Origin: the human T2T-CHM13v2.0 reference genome, Homo sapiens
Direction: 5' to 3' (one strand)
NCBI RefSeq assembly: GCF_009914755.1
Contig: NC_060934.1
DNA: 64,000 nt
Position numbers and translations under genes: made by a program. The notes below the pieces were generated by a model. The model was given only the letters and a program-made list of their open reading frames with translations. It made no database searches and was not told the DNA's origin. Of this stretch, positions 60,361 through 64,000 are shown in pieces. The stretch's first letter is position 1; each line of letters begins with the position of its first letter.

Positions 60361-63171
60361 GAGTGTTTATGAAAATACAGCTTCTTAGTAGCTCATAACA
60401 TTAGTACCTTAAAAATGTTCAGATGTGTTTAGATTCTAGTGTATTTTTTCATTTAGATATTATTTTTCTTACTCTTATTTTTGCTTTACTACCCCTGACT
60501 ATAAAGTTGAAGTCCTTGAGACAGTGAATTGCCTTTAAGTGTTTTAAAATCACCCTTTAACAGTCTTGGAGTACTTCTGAGTCTAAAACCTAAAACACTT
60601 TGATAATTTGTGGAAACTCTTCTTTTGTGCAAAGCCTTTGTTTAACGTTGTTAGAGTCGATCTCTTTTTTTAGGGGGAGCCTTAAAAAGACAGAGCTGCA
60701 ACATAGCAGTTATTCAATTCTGTTTTGAATTATCTGCCATATTGTGAAACAGTGGGAAATGAACACAATCTAGAACCACAGCTAGCATTGCTCCCAGACC
60801 TTCTTAGTTACTCTGACCCTAAAGTTGTTTGTTTATCAAGCTTGAGGGAACACTTCTGAATTCTAGCTGGCATTACTCTGGGTTTAACATCTTCCATAAA
60901 TTAGGAAGAACACTGTCCACAATCTCACTCTGCATAACCTCAAGTCTTCATTTTCTCAAAGCTCACTCCTCTTTCTCCTTGCTTCATTGCAGCTCACAGA
61001 ATGGGTGAGACTTGTCCGATTTTTTAGGACAAGTGACATAGGCCTGCTATTTAAATGAACAAAGAAAGGACGTATTTTCTACATGGTAATTTGTTTAACA
61101 GAACTATTCACCTCATTGCTATTTTGGGGAATTAAGAGTACAAAATACCTTTGAATCTTGTTCAATATTAAGTCATGTTTATTTTTAAAGTGAGAGTCAT
61201 TATTCTAAGTGGAATAGGATTTGGTTTTTCTGCATTGGCCAATAGCTCAAAATGCTATTTTATAATTATATTGGTTCCTTCCAACTGACCTTGTCTATAG
61301 ATTTGCAAACACATATAGACATTTTACGTTTTATGTTTTTCAGCTATAGCAAAATATTTTCCTTTTCTAGGTCTGCCTATGGGTGTCTACGCACCTTATA
61401 TCAACATTTATATCTATAAACATACACGTTTTAGCACCTATACTATTCTATATTTTTAAATTTTGTACCAAACTCCTCTGAGACTTATTATGGTTTACAC
61501 CCAATCCCATTTTATCTACTTAATGATTGGAGCCACTTTTTTATTCTTATTTATTTCTCTAATGAACTTTGGAGGATTGCAATTTGCTAAGTTCTAGGGT
61601 ACAACTGTGCTCAAGACAGACCCAATCTCTGCCCTCACAGTATCTTGGTTGGTTACATATTTGCTCTTACTTCTTTCTTCCCCCCAGCTTTATTGAGGTA
61701 TGATTGAAAAACGAAAAAATTATATATTTAAATTATACAACTTGAAGTTTTGATATACATATACATTGTGAAATAATCACCACAATCAGACTAATTAACA
61801 TATCCCTGTCACCTGACAGAGTTACCATTTTTTCTTTCTTTTTTGTATCAAGAACACTTTAATTCTACACTCTTAACATATATCAAGTACACAATACATT
61901 ATTGTTAATTAAAGCACATTATAACTAACTATAATTACATTAGCTATCCATATCATATGCATCTTGCATAACTAAAATTTTGTATGCCCTGGCCAATAAC
62001 ACTTCATTTCCCCCTGTTAACCAGCTCCTGGCAACCACCATTCTACTCTCATCTCTATGAGTTCATCTATTTAAGATTTCATTCTATTCAAGGTGAGATC
62101 ATGCAATAGTTGTCTTTCTATGTTTGGCTTATTTCACTTAACTTAATGTCCTCCAGGTTCATCTTTGTTGTCACAAATGACTGGATTTCTTTCTTTTTTA
62201 AGGCTGAATAGTATTCTATTGTGTACCTATACCGCATTTTCTTTATCTGTTCATCCACTGACAGACATTTAGATTACTTCCATGTCTTAGCTATTGTAAA
62301 CAATGATGCCATGAATATGAGAGTGCAGATATCTCTTCAACATACTGATTTTTTTTGGGGTGGGGGATACCTAGAAGTGGGATTGCTGAATCATAGTTCT
62401 GTTTTTACCTTTCTGAGGAACTTCCATGCTGTTTTTCACAATGGCTATACCAGTTTACATTCCCACCAACAAAAGTTCCATTCTGTATAAGAGTTCCGTT
62501 TTCTTCACAACCTCACCAACATTTCTGTCTTTTTGATAATAATCATTCCAAGAGGTGTGAGCTCATATCTCATTGTGGTTTTGATTTGGATTTTCCTGAT
62601 GGTCAGTGATGTTGAGCATTTTTTCATATGGCTGTTGGACATTTTTATGTCTTCTGTTGAGAACTGTCTATTCATACCTTTTACCTAAGTTTTAATAGAG
62701 TTTCTTTTTTTACTTATTGAGTTGTATGAGTTCTTATGTATTTTGGATATTAATTCCTTATCAGGTATATAGATTGCCAATATTTTCTCCCATTATAGGT
62801 TGACTTTTTATTCTATTGATTGTTGTCGTTGCTCTTCATGAGCTTTTTAATTTGATGCATTCTCACTTGTATATTATTACTTTTTTTCTTGTGCTTTGGT
62901 ATCATATCCAAAAATATCATGATCCAAATTAATTTCAAGAAGCTTGTTTCTTATGTTTTCTTCTAGTAGTTTTATGGTTTCAGGCCTTATGCTTAAGTCT
63001 TTAGTTCATTTTGAGTTGATTTTTGTATGTGGTATAAGTTGAGTTCAATTTCATTCTTCTGTGGTTGGACATACTGTTTTCCCAACATAATTTATTTAGG
63101 AGACCATCCTTTCCCCAGTGTGTGTTCTTGGAACACTGTTAAAGATCAGTTGATGGTAATGGGTGGATTCG

Positions 63172-63274
63172 TTAGGTTGGTGCAATAGTAATTGTGGTTT
63201 TGCCATTACTTTTAATGTTAATTAGTGTAATTTAAAGTAATGGGAATACCACAATTACTTTTGCACTAAACTAA
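63172..63274. mobile_element. MADE1 (Hsmar1 MITE), extended variant
   Basis: ttaggttggtgcaatagtaattg ... caattacttttgcactaaactaa followed by ta. Confidence 0.9.
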
Positions 63275-63425
63275 TACTTCTGGGCTCTTTCTGTTCCATT
63301 GGTCAATATGTCTATTTTTATGCCACTACTATACTGTTTTGATTATTATAGCTTTGTAAGATATATTTAAATCAGAAAGTGTGATACCTTCCCCTTTGTT
63401 CTTCTTGTTCAATATTGCTTTGAGA

Positions 63426-63791
<366 letters not shown>

Positions 63792-64000
63792 CTACTTTTG
63801 CAAATAATGCCACTGGGATTTTAATAGCTATTACACCAAATCTGTAGATTATTGTGGGTAGTATGGACATTTTAATAATTTTAATTCTTACAATCCATAA
63901 CCATGTATGTCTTTCCATTTGTCTGTGTCTTTTTAAATTTTCTTCATCAATATTTTATAATTTCCAGTGTGTAAGTCTTTTGCCTCTTAAGTTCATCCTA

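Overview
AT-rich, CpG-poor primate (human/great-ape-like) genomic DNA with no CpG island, no recognisable host protein-coding exon and no tRNA, rRNA or CRISPR. It reads as intergenic DNA or, more likely, one long intron; most L1s and LTRs lie on the minus strand, which hints at a + strand host transcript. Much of it is transposon-derived: about 9 Alus, a near full-length 5'-inverted L1PA4/5-like element (44601-50320), a second twin-primed L1 (40327-41149), short L1PA2/PA3 stubs, an L1PB carrying a MER11 solo LTR, an MSTA LTR, MLT1 LTRs, MER5/MER53/MER58/MER103/MARNA/MADE DNA elements, and old MIR/L2/L3 relics. The only ORF-track entries with real protein homology are broken LINE fragments (L1 ORF1/ORF2/ORF0 and weak L3 motifs). 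I found no convincing new biological system. The most notable observations are structural: an L1 inversion that turns the antisense promoter/ORF0 region to face the element's own ORF1, an old spaced duplication of about 245 bp apparently inserted into a MIR, an extended MADE1 hairpin, an L1 whose poly(A) tail reads as poly(T), an Alu with a duplicated right arm, and a template-switch scar. Subfamily calls come from recalled consensus sequences, and boundaries of old elements are approximate.
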